Source: Vicugna vicugna (lineage: Eukaryota). Taken from it: 53,837 nucleotides of DNA. The stretch's first letter is position 1, and every line of letters begins with the position of its first letter. The notes under the pieces are model-generated. The model did no database searches. It saw nothing but the letters and a program-made list of their open reading frames with translations, and had not been told where the DNA came from. Of this stretch, positions 1 through 11,050 are shown one piece after another. Where the stretch lies: NCBI GenBank assembly GCA_013265495.1, contig MU058423.1, forward strand, positions 5,130,793-5,184,629. Direction: 5' to 3'. A program made the translations under genes and the position numbers.

Positions 1-49
1 CCACAGAGGGAAATGTAAATGGTAAGCTGGGTTGGTTGAATATCAATCC

Positions 50-267
50 AGAGAGAAAGCACACATATGTACAGTTTCCCTAATGGTGTATGTATGGTAT
101 GCTTCTTTCTGTGACACAATCTTATTTACTTAAAACTTTAAATAGGTTATTTCTAGCTACAGAAAATGTAGAAGCTCACTAGTGGAATCCATTCCTAAGC
201 TTGGAACTTCACTGCAGCGTAACTGACTCTCCTTAGAGAATGGCTGTTGTCTATAACTCCTCCTTGG
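50..267 (+). repeat. Diverged local duplication, copy A (partner at 1008-1227)
   Basis: Aligns to copy B at a constant offset of 958 bp; 98/120 identities over 121-240; exact 24-mer TAACTGACTCTCCTTAGAGAATGG at 220-243 and 1178-1201. Confidence 0.9.
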
Positions 268-519
268 TAGGGGTAGACAAGGGGATCTGACATTGTTGGG
301 CCTGGGGACTGGGAACAGTAGTGGGTAGAGAGTAGTGACTGAACATCAGTGTTTGTTCTTTTTTTTTCTCTTTCCTGAAGAATGACTTCTAAATTGCAGT
401 CAGAAGAAATGGTTACTTCCGTTCTCTTAGTAACCACTTGAGAATGAAAGACAAAAAAAGTATAGATTAAACTTACTAAAAACTGCTTTTCTTTTATATA
501 CCTTGAATGAGTAATTTTT

Positions 520-640
520 AATCAAGTAATCAATACTTTGTTAGTGCATCTAACTATGAACTCAATTCGAGGAGAGATAATGAAGGTGAAAAAGACTTGG
601 TCTCTGTTCCAGGGCAATTACAAATTAATGAAGGTGCTAG
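520..640 (-). mobile_element. L2 3'-end fragment
   Basis: Resembles an antisense L2 tail (aatcaatactttgttagtgcatctaactatg...aagacttggtctctgttccagggcaattaca). Confidence 0.5.
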
Positions 641-840
641 AATGGATATACATAAAATGTATGTTTGTATTCACAGACACATTTGGGAATGCATGACAAA
701 GAGTTCTTAAATCCTTTGAATTAATACATTACCACCATATTGGTTTATAATTTCATACGTTCTCTTACAAACTTTAGATACTGAAACTAAATGAATAATG
801 GAATTCTTGAGAAAATACATACACAGACATACAGACACAA

Positions 841-862
841 ACACACACACACACACACACAC
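841..862. repeat. (AC)11 microsatellite
   Basis: Read directly; preceded by degenerate AC-rich sequence from ~815. Confidence 0.97.
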
Positions 863-1007
863 GGGCTTCAGAAATCGTTAATCTGCTTTAGGAAATCTTG
901 TAAGAAGCTTGCTTGTTGCTTGCAGTTGTTCAGTTTTTCACTTCATGTCCAACACATGAACTCACTGACGTGGTATAACGAACTCACCGTACCTTTACGA
1001 TACATTC

Positions 1008-1227
1008 TGAGAGAGAGCACACCTATGTACAGATTCCCTAATGATGTATGCTGTGCTGCTTTTTCTGTATGGCACAATTTTATTTACTTAACACTCTAAG
1101 TAGGTTATTCATAGATATAGAAAACATAGAAGCTCAGCATCAGAATCCATTTCTGAGTTTTGAACTTTACTGCATCATAACTGACTCTCCTTAGAGAATG
1201 GTTGTAGCCTATATAGCTCATCCTTGG
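1008..1227 (+). repeat. Diverged local duplication, copy B (possible decayed olfactory-receptor remnant extending to ~1345)
   Basis: Duplication is seen directly (see copy A); the olfactory-receptor reading is only tentative. Confidence 0.88.
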
Positions 1228-2336
1228 ATATCCTCTGACATATTTTCAAGACTAAATTATTTCTTTCTTTCCAACAATGACCACATTGAGAAAAGTAATG
1301 TAATTTCTCTTTGGTCTTCACTCTGCTTGATTTCACTTTTAAAATTTTAGGTACATCTAATTTGTACTTCAATCTTTAATGAATTTTTTTTATTCCTTAC
1401 GCTTAAGAAAATGTATAGAAAAGACAATTAGTTTTACTGTTGGAAAATGAGTCAAGTAACTAATGGGTCAAGTTACTTTCATACAAGGTATGTTGCAAGA
1501 GTTAAAGATGAAATAGAGTTTGATTAATCAGTGCCAGTTTATATGTCTGTGGAGCAGCTGTAATGGCAAGACAGGGTCCTATGAAAATAGTTAAATGGTT
1601 TTCAAGGAGTGCCTTTAATGAGAATGTGAATACTGTAATATCATTTTCGGTCTTTATTCTGATGGAGTGTTCTTTAAAATGTCAAATGTATCAAAACACA
1701 ATTCAAGTAGTAAATATGGAATTGTATTGTTAATTCACTATTTTTGAGATTTTTCCTGTCATCATAGTCAATGTTGATTTACTGAACTATAAATTGAATA
1801 ATGTCAGGCAGTTCTAGCTCTTCCTAAAGATACGTGTTTTATTTTATTTTGCTTTGTTTTGTTTTTTGCAAGCTATATTGTTTTTTTATGCTGGTACTGC
1901 TGGTTTAAGCTATTAATTTTTCAGACAGGAAATTTTCCAGAAGTGCACCTGCTCTTTCTCATCTGAACAAGTCTCAAAATCCATCAGCTGATAGATAGTG
2001 AAATAAGTTTTGTTTGTTTTAGTTTTAAATAAAGAACTTCACCCAGTCAGTTAATGGATGACTCCTAATGAAGGTGCCTAAATAAATGAAATGATGACTA
2101 GTGTGTTTAAATATCATCTGTATTTCTGTAAAGTATTATTTGATTTATGTGAGCACATGGCAATTCAAAGATATGACTGCTTCCATGAAGCCAATTCTTG
2201 ACTAGACATCGATTTTCCAGTTCTTTTGTCTCTATTCTACTCTAGAAAAGCCTACCAAAGTTGCAGAAGTAAGGCAAATCTAGAAAACTGAAAAACAAGA
2301 TAGAAAATGTTGGAACACAGTAGGCCATCAATTCAT

Positions 2337-2860
2337 TGATAGGTCTGGTGAAATTCAGCTGCAAGAAACTGAAGCCACTGTATCCATCTTAATGAAGAGG
2401 TTTAAACACAAGAAATTAGTTTCTTAAAAAATCAACTGGAGGACAGCAAAAGGCATTCTAGGCCGATTTTCCAGAAATTACTCCACAGGTCCACAAGGCC
2501 GAGAAGGAGAACTAATACTCATGCCACTGCAGGAAGTGGGGCTTCAGGGGGCTTCTTGTGGAAATGTTGACTCAGAGAGCTTTCTACTGTCTTCAAGTGG
2601 AAGTTATCCCACTTCTGCCACGTCTTTCTCAATCTTTCACAAAGCTAATGACTGGGTCACAGTTGAAGAAAAGTTAAATATTTCAGTGTTTGTGTACATC
2701 ATCAACAAATGTCAAAGTCTTGTATTCCTCACTTCTGCCTTCCAAATCTCTTGTGAGTGCACCAATTTGGAGGAATCTAATTTACATAGAGAACACAACT
2801 GCTAGGGCGTCTGAGGAATGTAGTTTACTAAGCTCTGACATACAGGAAGGCACAATCAAA
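2337..2860 (-). mobile_element. Ancient ERVL-type solo LTR (LTR33-like)
   Basis: cacttctgccttccaaatctc...aactgctagggcgtctgaggaatgtagttt matches the recalled LTR33-family motif. Confidence 0.6.
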
Positions 2861-4669
2861 GGACATTATGACAACTCAAGATATGCACTACAAATTCATC
2901 TTTTTTCTTTCTTTTTTTGTATCTATACATTCCATTCAGAATATTTTAATCCTTTGATCATTGTCCATGTAAACTAAAGTGTTCTGTGCTGGAATTTTGA
3001 GGCTCACCATATATGTTAGAAAATCAGCCTGCTTATAATTAATTAACTAGGTCATCATCCAAAATTGAAAGACAGAGGGTTTAGAAACTATCTTTACTTT
3101 GTTTGTTGGGGACTGAAAATTAGCAGTCATGTAACAGCGTTATTTTCTTTAGGAAAAATCTGCAAGTCACTTGAGTCCTTTCCCAGCTTACATAATGGTT
3201 ATATTTCAAATTATCGTATATTCAATTCACTTGGTTCATAACATTTCTAGTGAAGTCACAGTTTATACATTGGAAACATTTTCATTTATCAAGGTCCTAT
3301 TCTCTTGATCATCCCTACCTCTTTTTTTCTCTCTAAATCCATGCCAAATAACAAGAGAACAATTTAGGACAAATTCAGAAAATAAATAGTTATTCAATGA
3401 GTATGTTATAGTGCTTTCAGATATACAGATGTAACACTTTACACTCTTACCCCAAAGTTGGACTTTAATGGAAAGTTTAAAATATAATGACACTGTAATA
3501 TACAATATAAAACTGTATGTATAAATTAAGACATTTTCCTTCACTTTACTTTCTCCACCACATGCTCTGTGGTCTGTACATCTTTTGCTTCATTTTTGTT
3601 TTAAGATCTTATTTCTGAACTTAAAAATGTAATCTAATATGGCAGTCAGGGCAAGTAAATACAGCCATAAACAATGATATAAAATTGTTTAAATTCTGTT
3701 CCGTAGCAGAACTGCAGATAATAAAGCTGTTTGCAGATATGTCTTAGAATTCTCCCTTACTAATACTAAGACACCATGTTGTTGATCTCTCTTTTAAAAC
3801 ACTCTTACATCTGTATTTTTCTCTTTATGATTCAATATCACAAGCTGGATCTTAATGACTCTTTAAACTCCACTTCTTCCAGCTTTCAATTTCTATATAT
3901 ATGTATCTGTTTCTGTTTTTCTCTGCTTGTCTTGTCTTTGGTTATACCTCTGTCTTTCTGATTCACATTGCAAATCCTTGTCAAAAATAATCTTCAACAA
4001 ATATTACTTTCTGACATCTCCATGCTTAATACTATTTAGTAGTTTGCTCTTCTCCATTGGGTCAAGTCATAAACTTACAAAAGGAAGATACTAAAATTAT
4101 TTATCCTGTACTCTCATTTTGCACATGAAGAAATGAGTCTAAGCGTGATTTTTCTATTCACTTTGACTTAAGCATTTTGTTTTCCCCTTATACCCATTCA
4201 TTCAGCATTCATCAAACATTTATGCAGTGTCTAAATGTTTCAGCAAAGAATCATATCCTTCCATCTTGATTTACCCAATGCATAGGAACATACCTGACTC
4301 CTACAACATGTGCAAACAATATTTATTGGATGGGTAAATGGCTGTACCATTGGATGAGAGATTGAATGACTGTGAAATTTGGATTGGGAATCCAAAAATT
4401 GCAACCATATTCCATTATAACCTGGCAGTAATGACTTCTCCTAAATTTCAAAATAGAAGATACTTAGAGTTGGGCATGTGTTTGGAAAGGTAAGATTACT
4501 GACTTCAAAGCTGCATTCGTATAGCAAACCATCTTTATATATTTCAGTTTGGGTTAAAGAATTTAATGGAACTCAGAAGGTAATGTCCTCCAAACCAACC
4601 TTTAGTGCCACCACTGCTCTCGAAGATCGCTGTGTTGCCCTGCAAAGAAATCCATTTCCAGCATATATC

Positions 4670-5225
4670 TCTTGTATTCATTCAAAATACATATCTATTG
4701 AGTGGGTATATTAGTGGATAGAAGATTCCCAACTGTGTGGAGCTTACATTATAACACAGACAATAAACACAATAAAGTAAGTATTTAATACACCATGTTG
4801 GCAGTTAATACATGCTAGAAAGAAGAAAAACGCAAAGCATAGTAAAGTAAGGTTGATTGGGTATTCTGGGCAAATGAGCGGGACAGATTACAGCATATTA
4901 ACTGTATGGTGGGAGCCAGCCTCATTGAGAGGCTGAGACACAAGGAGAGGCTTGATAGAAGAAGATAATGTTTCAGGCAGAGGAGAAGGTTGAGCAAAAC
5001 TTGAGGCAGGAGTTTGCATATGGTGTTTGTGAAAAAAAGGAGGAAGTCAGTGTGGTTGGTGCCAGGCAATATTGTACTAAGGAGGTCAGAGATATTAAGA
5101 TGACATCTGAGACACAAAGCAGACTCTCACGTTGAGCCTTGAAAAAAATTTTAAGGACTTCAGCTTTTGAGTGAAATAACGGATTAGTTCAGAGTTTTGA
5201 ACACAGATCATGTCTGCTCTACTAT
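4670..5225 (-). mobile_element. L2 (L2a-like) 3' region
   Basis: ttcattcaaaatacatatctattgagtg, ggagcttacatt, tttcaggcagaggagaag...gaggcaggag, ggaagtcagtgtggttgg: typical antisense L2 3' end. Confidence 0.8.
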
Positions 5226-5607
5226 TTATTATGCTGCTCATTCATTCATATATTTACTCATTTTCTGTACGCGTGTCACGGATTGAAAGACTGAGAAATA
5301 GGGAGAGTTAGGGTAATCAATAAGTTTGAATGACAGAAAAAAGTGTAATAAAGGAATTACAATGTTATAAGGATTAGAATGGGGTTAAAGTGACGTATTG
5401 GAATTTATGACTTCTAAAATGAATGAGTTCCAGTGATAACAAGACATCTTTTCTTTTTTTTCTGTTGCTTCAGAGTAGACATTGCACTGGAGTGCTAACT
5501 TGCATTATTCTAATCAAAAGTGAGGCTAATCTCATCTCCTTTTCTTTTTTTTTATACTTAATTTGTACATTGAATTGAATTGAATTCAACTCAATACATT
5601 CACTGAG

Positions 5608-5826
5608 GCTGTGTGATACAATGGTTAAGAGCTACAGTTTCCCAAACAGTTTTGCCTGGTTTTAATATTGATTTTATGATTTATTGGCTATGTAACTTGC
5701 TGGGTTACTCAAGTAATCTGTGCCTCTGTTTCCTAATCAGTAAAATGTGGATAATTAAGCATCTATCTCATAGGTTTTTATAAAAATAAAATGAGTAAAT
5801 ATCTCTGAAGTGCTTAAAACAGTGCA
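5608..5826 (+). mobile_element. MIR SINE
   Basis: tggttaagagc start, core tctgtgcctctgtttcctaatcagtaaaatgtggataat, tail aagtgcttaaaacagtgc. Confidence 0.88.
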
Positions 5827-6129
5827 TTTCTTTACTGACACAATGACATCAATGATATAGATGACCATAATAATCCCCCAATGTGTACTGCAAGGTATTC
5901 AGAGATTCCTTAAGAAACAGTGTCTATATTCACAATGTTTTAACCTCTTACCTCATTAAAGGTTGTCTTATGTTATGACCTAACCTTCTATGTGTATATT
6001 CTGTTTTCTTAATCAGATTACATGCTCCAAGAGGATAAGTATGTAGGAACTAAAAAAATTTATATATTTATTCATATTCATATTATTATTTAGATATTGT
6101 GTATATTTATATACATTACATCTGGAAGA

Positions 6130-6692
6130 AAAAATAGCTACCAATTGAACTTGTATTAACTCAATTGCTTTATTTCTTTGAAGATTATTGTTACCTCTTC
6201 ACGAGCTAAATCCATATTTTCACTTCTGAATATCATTGTATGATCCTGAGAGTAATGCTTTGGATATCAGAAATAGAAACCAAACTGTAGTTTCAAACTT
6301 AAGTCTTTGGTTTCTTGGATACACTGCAATTTTTCTTCCTTGTAAACTACTTGCTTGTCGGGATCCTTGCTCTTGGAATTAATCATCATATCTTCTCAGG
6401 TAGATGTTTTATTGCTCACTGTCTCTACTTAAACGGTGAATTTTCTGGGGATTTCGAGCAGCAGTGCTTTCTCAGCTTAGCTTTTTGCTCTATAATTACT
6501 TAATTTCTTCACAATCACTTTCTCAATAGAGTTAACAAACTTTTTTTTTTCAAGGTCTATATTTCTTATGGATATAACTGCATAGTTATATACAGATATG
6601 ATATGTATCTTGATATTTCTATTCTGATAAATACATTCTCCTGTTTTCTCTTTATCAGATTCTTCAGATTTAGAGAACTGTGATTTATCCAT
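6130..6692 (-). pseudogene. Decayed reading frame, tentatively L1/HAL1 ORF1-like
   Basis: One frame of ~185 codons with several stops; IEKVIVKKLSN, KTST*EDMMI, KQVVYKEEKL and AREEVTIIFKEIK occur in the order of the ORF1p motifs IKEIIQENFP, RSTPRHILV, KQVTYKGKKI and ARRQW..IFKILK. Confidence 0.4.
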
Positions 6693-7499
6693 TGTGGATC
6701 ACAGACAATGACCTAACAACTGTCACAATTTTGCCACCATTTGGGCCCTATGGGTAGTAATACTGAATAACTCTTCTGATCTAGTTACAGCATGGAAGTA
6801 TTACAAACACAGATTGGTGGGAGAAACATACTATGCTTAACAGGGTATGGTAGTAGTTTGGCAACTGACATTAATGGCTGTGCCAAATGGCAAACTGGCA
6901 ATGCTAAGAGCCTCTTAACAGCCTTAAAGTTCTTAGTTATTTGCCATCTGAGTTCCAACAGTGAGAAACAAGATTTAAAAGTCTCTACATATTCTTAACA
7001 GATCAACAACAACCATGTGTTAAAATAGCACATGTTGTTTTTTGAAGGAATTTCAGGCTAATTTTAAACTATATTCTTTGAATGTCTCTAAATAATAGAA
7101 ACAAATATAGTAAAGATTAATCTAATGATGCATGTGCCATTTTAGACACTTGCTTAAAATAGAGCCATGCTATGACTTACATCTTTTGAAAAAGATTCTA
7201 CAATATTGTTTGGATAGAAGGGGACATTAAGAGCCATCTTGCTAAATGTCCCAAGCACCTAGAAGAATGCCTTGCACAAGGGAGGAACTCCATAAACATT
7301 TGGAAAAAGTTGTATCAATTCTAATCTTTAATATGCTCTTCTTCTTTGTTTCATATGATCAACTTACATATGATTCATGTTCATATCCTGTAAATATTTT
7401 GAACCAGAACTGACTTATTGCTTATAAACAAGGGTCTACAACAATTTTTCTTACTTCACAAAATTATTTTATAATTATGCTCTTGTATACATTTGCTAC

Positions 7500-7745
7500 T
7501 TTGCTTAACAAAAATTTATTGAGCATTTACTATGGGTACTTCCAGAAGTCTTTACTCTCCAGTAGCTTCTGATCTAGTGATGCAAATAAGCAGTAACAAC
7601 ACAGGCTAAAAGTGTCAAGATAGGCTCATTACGTGGCACAATGACAGTTTACAGGAAGGCCAAATAAATAAATCTGGGAGAGGAGGTTAGAAAGACCTCT
7701 TGAAGGAAATAACAAAAGAGCTAAGGTGGGAAAGACAAGGAGTTT
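7500..7745 (-). mobile_element. L2 3'-end fragment
   Basis: aacaaaaatttattgagcatttactatg...ctctccagtagcttctgatctagtg. Confidence 0.7.
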
Positions 7746-8169
7746 GTTACTTTGTATTCACTTTAAGAAAGACCTTAGTAACAACAGAATTTTAAAAATA
7801 CTAAATTATTGCACAGTTAGAGGATAAAGATTTAGTGAATGAGAAAAAGAAAACAAAATGGTAAGAGACCATTCATTGTTAGACTGAAGTGATAAGAGAA
7901 AAATGTCACAAGAAGCGAATAGTCAATGGTAAAAAAAAAATGCCTCAGAATAAATGAACCAGAAAAATATACATTGAATTTGGTATTATGAGCTATTTTG
8001 TAATCTTCAACTGTGCAGTTTAGAACTGTGTGCTGATGGTTCCATGTTAGTACTGATACCCAGTTCTATTCAGTGTATACAGTGCATAATGAATGTCTGC
8101 ACTTTTATTCACTATGCTTTATATTTATAGTATATATTATAAATTTTTGACAGATTTTTATACCTATAG

Positions 8170-8520
8170 CTTTCACAGAAATTGCTGCATCCCTTTTCCC
8201 ATTGCCATGGTTTCTGTGAGTAGACAATACTTCCCTATCTTATTGATGTTAGGTTTAGCCACGTGGCTTGCCTTGGTCAATGAAATAGGTCCGAAAACTT
8301 AGGAGGTGTCATGTGTTTCTATTCACATCTATTGCATTCTGCCCTCAAAACAAAACAAAACAAAACAAACAAACAAAAAACATGACTTGAGCTGTGAATA
8401 CAATGCACAACCTGAAGCAGAGACACCCCAGCCAATCTACAAATACTAGAGAGGAGTTAAATGACTGTTTTCACAAGCCACTGAGATTTGGAGGTTGTTT
8501 GTTACGCACCATTATCACAG
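8170..8520 (+). mobile_element. MaLR solo LTR (MLT1I/J-like) with internal (CAAAA)n
   Basis: ttgatgttaggtttagccacgtggcttgccttggtcaatgaaat and 3' end aagccactgagatttggaggttgtttgttacgca. Confidence 0.8.
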
Positions 8521-8683
8521 TAGTGAAGCAGTATAAATTTGGTAAATACTTAAGGAAGTATTGGTGATATAAATAAATTGATATGTGTACAGTAAAAATC
8601 CTTTTAAAGGAAAGACTGTGAGAATGATGTATTATTGCATAGTTATTTTTACCTTCTTAACTTCTGAAAAAAATCAGGTAATT

Positions 8684-9624
8684 GTGTGAATTAGTTTACT
8701 AGTGCTGCTATAATAAATCACTACAAACTTAGTAACTTAAAACAAACACAATGTATTATCTTGCAGTTCTGTAGACGAAAAGTCTGACGCATCTAAACTA
8801 AGATGTGAGAAGGGCTACCTTCTCTTTGGAGGCCTTAGGGAAAAAGCTCCATGGTATTTTCCGGTGTCTACAGGTTGTCTGCCTTCCTTGCCTTGTAAAC
8901 TCCTTCCTCCACCTGCAGAGCCAGAACTGTCCAGTTTACAGATCCAGTTTACATGTTGCTCCTCTGTGACTTACTCTTCTGCCTCTTTGCCCTCTATTTT
9001 TAAGGACGCTTGTGATTACATGGGGCCACCCAGATAATCTAGCATATTCTGATTTTAAGGTCAGGTAATTAATAATCTTAACTCTATCTGCAACCTTAAT
9101 TCTTTTTGCCATATGTAGGGGGGTGAGGGGCAGCCCCCAGACTATGTCCAGTTGAAACCCATGGATGTAACTTTATTTGGAAAAAGGGTCTTTGCTGATA
9201 TAGTTAAGGATCTTGAGAGGAGATCATTCTGAACTAGAATAGGTCCTAAATCCATGACAAGTATCCCTACAGTGAAGGAAAAGGGAGAAGACACAGAGGA
9301 CAAGTCCACGTGAAGACAGAGGCAGAGACAGGAGTTATGTAGGCCCAAGCCAAGGAATACATGGAGCCACTAGCAATGGAAAGAGGCAAGGAAGGATGTC
9401 CTCTAAAACCTTCAGAAGGAGTATGGCCCTACCAGCACCTTGATTTTTAAACTCTGGCCTTCAGAACTGTGAGACAGTACGTTTCTGTTGTTTTAAGTAC
9501 CAACTTTTTGGTAATTTGCTTTATGGCAACCCTAGGATACTAATACATCATACCACATAGCATACTTACAGATTCTAGGAATTAGGATGTTAGCATTTTT
9601 GAGAGCCATTATTTGCCTACCACC
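8684..9624 (-). mobile_element. MaLR solo LTR (MLT1C-like), split by the LTR at 9114-9547
   Basis: gctgctataataaatcactacaaacttagtaacttaaaacaa...tttaaggacgcttgtgattacatggggccacccagataatc; resumes at 9553 with cagattctaggaattaggatg...gccattatttgcctaccac. Confidence 0.85.
9114..9547 (+). mobile_element. Complete MaLR solo LTR (MLT1B-like)
   Basis: TG...CA termini (tgtagg...ctaataca), ttatttggaaaaagggtctttgc, cagaactgtgagac; 5-bp TSD CCATA/TCATA. Confidence 0.92.
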
Positions 9625-9825
9625 TCATGTAACTGTACTAAGTAGCTACAACTATACAAAATAATGTTATCAAGCAAAACTATTTCAATTTTTGAGGGTC
9701 ACTGTACACCACAAGTAATTGCTAACAAATCCAAATTGGTTGTTTCAACTCAGAAAGAACAAAGTAATACTACCTTACTTTGTTAACATTAATGATAAAT
9801 TATATTTGTAATACTAATCAAATAC

Positions 9826-10310
9826 TATCTATTTTATTATTTATTGCCCTGTAACAAACTTCTCCATGACTAATGGCTTAAAACAACAATTATTTTACTT
9901 CCTTTTATTTTGTGAGTTAGGAATTTAGGTGATGCTTGGCTGGGATCATCCAATTGGCTGCATTCAACTGGTGACTTGCCTGGGCTGGAAGATCCAAGAA
10001 GACCTCATTCACATTTTTGCCATCACATGGCCAGTATTTCTCTCTCTGTCTCTCTGTGTCTGTCTGTCTGTCTCTCTCTGTATCTATATGGCTAGCTTTG
10101 ATTTCCTCAAAGTATGGTGGCCTCAAAGTTGTCAGACTTCTCCCATGGCTTCAAGAACAGTGAAGGTACAATGCCGCAGCATCACGCTCCCACATTCTAT
10201 AGGTCAGTGCCAGTCACAGGGCCAGCCCAGTGTCAAGGCAGGGAAGAACTGACACAACACTTTATGGGAAGAAACGGTAAGAACCATGACCTTATTTAAT
10301 TCATCACACA
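9826..10310 (-). mobile_element. MaLR solo LTR (MLT1H-like)
   Basis: gtaacaaac...tggcttaaaacaacaat...ggctggaagatccaaga...gtcacagggccagcccag; internal CT/GTCT microsatellite at 10039-10080. Confidence 0.8.
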
Positions 10311-10480
10311 CAGCGCCTGCTTCACAGGTATATGACTCATTTAGCTGCACAGGGCTCCACACTCAGAAGGGGATTACATTTGGTTTAATGAATCACTGTT
10401 TACATTTCTAATTATTTTTGGACAATGGACTCCACATTTTCATTTTGTACAGGGCACCACAAATTACGCAGCCAGTTCTG
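10311..10480. mobile_element. Non-autonomous hAT element (MER91A-like)
   Basis: CAG...CTG termini, gcacagggctccacactcagaaggg and cattttcattttgtacagggcaccacaaatta; 8-bp TSD ATCACACA/ACCACACA. Confidence 0.88.
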
Positions 10481-10514
10481 ACCACACACATTAAACAGAG
10501 AGGTTAAAAAAAAA

Positions 10515-10642
10515 GTTTCAATCTCATTCCTCAGATGATAAAACAGATCTACAGATGTTAAGTAATTTGTGTGAATTCCCATATATAGCAAGTGGGTAAA
10601 GCAGGATTTCTAATTCCAGATCCAGTATTCTTTCCACTACTC
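10515..10642 (-). mobile_element. MIR fragment
   Basis: ctcattcctcagatgataaaacaga...gttaagtaatttg...ctttccactac. Confidence 0.75.
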
Positions 10643-10829
10643 TATTTTACTTTGCTCTTTTATTATGAAAATCTATGCTCTTTTAAAAGTATAAGATAAA
10701 ATTTTCAAACTTTTATGATGTGTCTATTATTTGTCAAGCTAGAAACTTTAAAGACTTTTATGTATAATTAGTAACATTATTTTTTATCACGACTATGTTA
10801 GAAGGAAAAAACTCTCTCTCTTTAGAAGC

Positions 10830-11050
10830 CATAGCAGTCCCCCAAAAGAACCTGGATTGGCTCACTTCGGTCACATGCCCATCCCCGGATCCAACTCTGT
10901 GACCTGTGTAGTGGCACGTTCTGATTTGAGTCTCCTGCCCAGTCTTTAAACTGGAAGTCATGCTAAGTACCACTCAAATCTTATGAGCTAATATGGAGGA
11001 CAACTAGTTCCCTAAAAACATGGTTGACTGGCAGACACAATATTTCTACT
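10830..11050 (-). mobile_element. Old MaLR LTR fragment (MLT1K/L-like)
   Basis: gattggctcacttcggtcacatgcccatccc...ttctgattt motif. Confidence 0.6.

Noticed and set aside
55..121. H/ACA snoRNA in the duplicated unit (ANANNA, short stem, ACA in both copies)
   Set aside because: No conserved 5' hairpin, a weak upper stem, and similarity continues ~150 nt past the ACA; an Infernal/Rfam scan would settle it.
215..250. miRNA hairpin around the perfectly shared 24-mer
   Set aside because: Only a ~30-nt imperfect stem-loop can be drawn, too short for a pre-miRNA.
791..1099. 102-aa ORF with an HT repeat
   Set aside because: The HT run is the (AC)n microsatellite; no supported gene structure.
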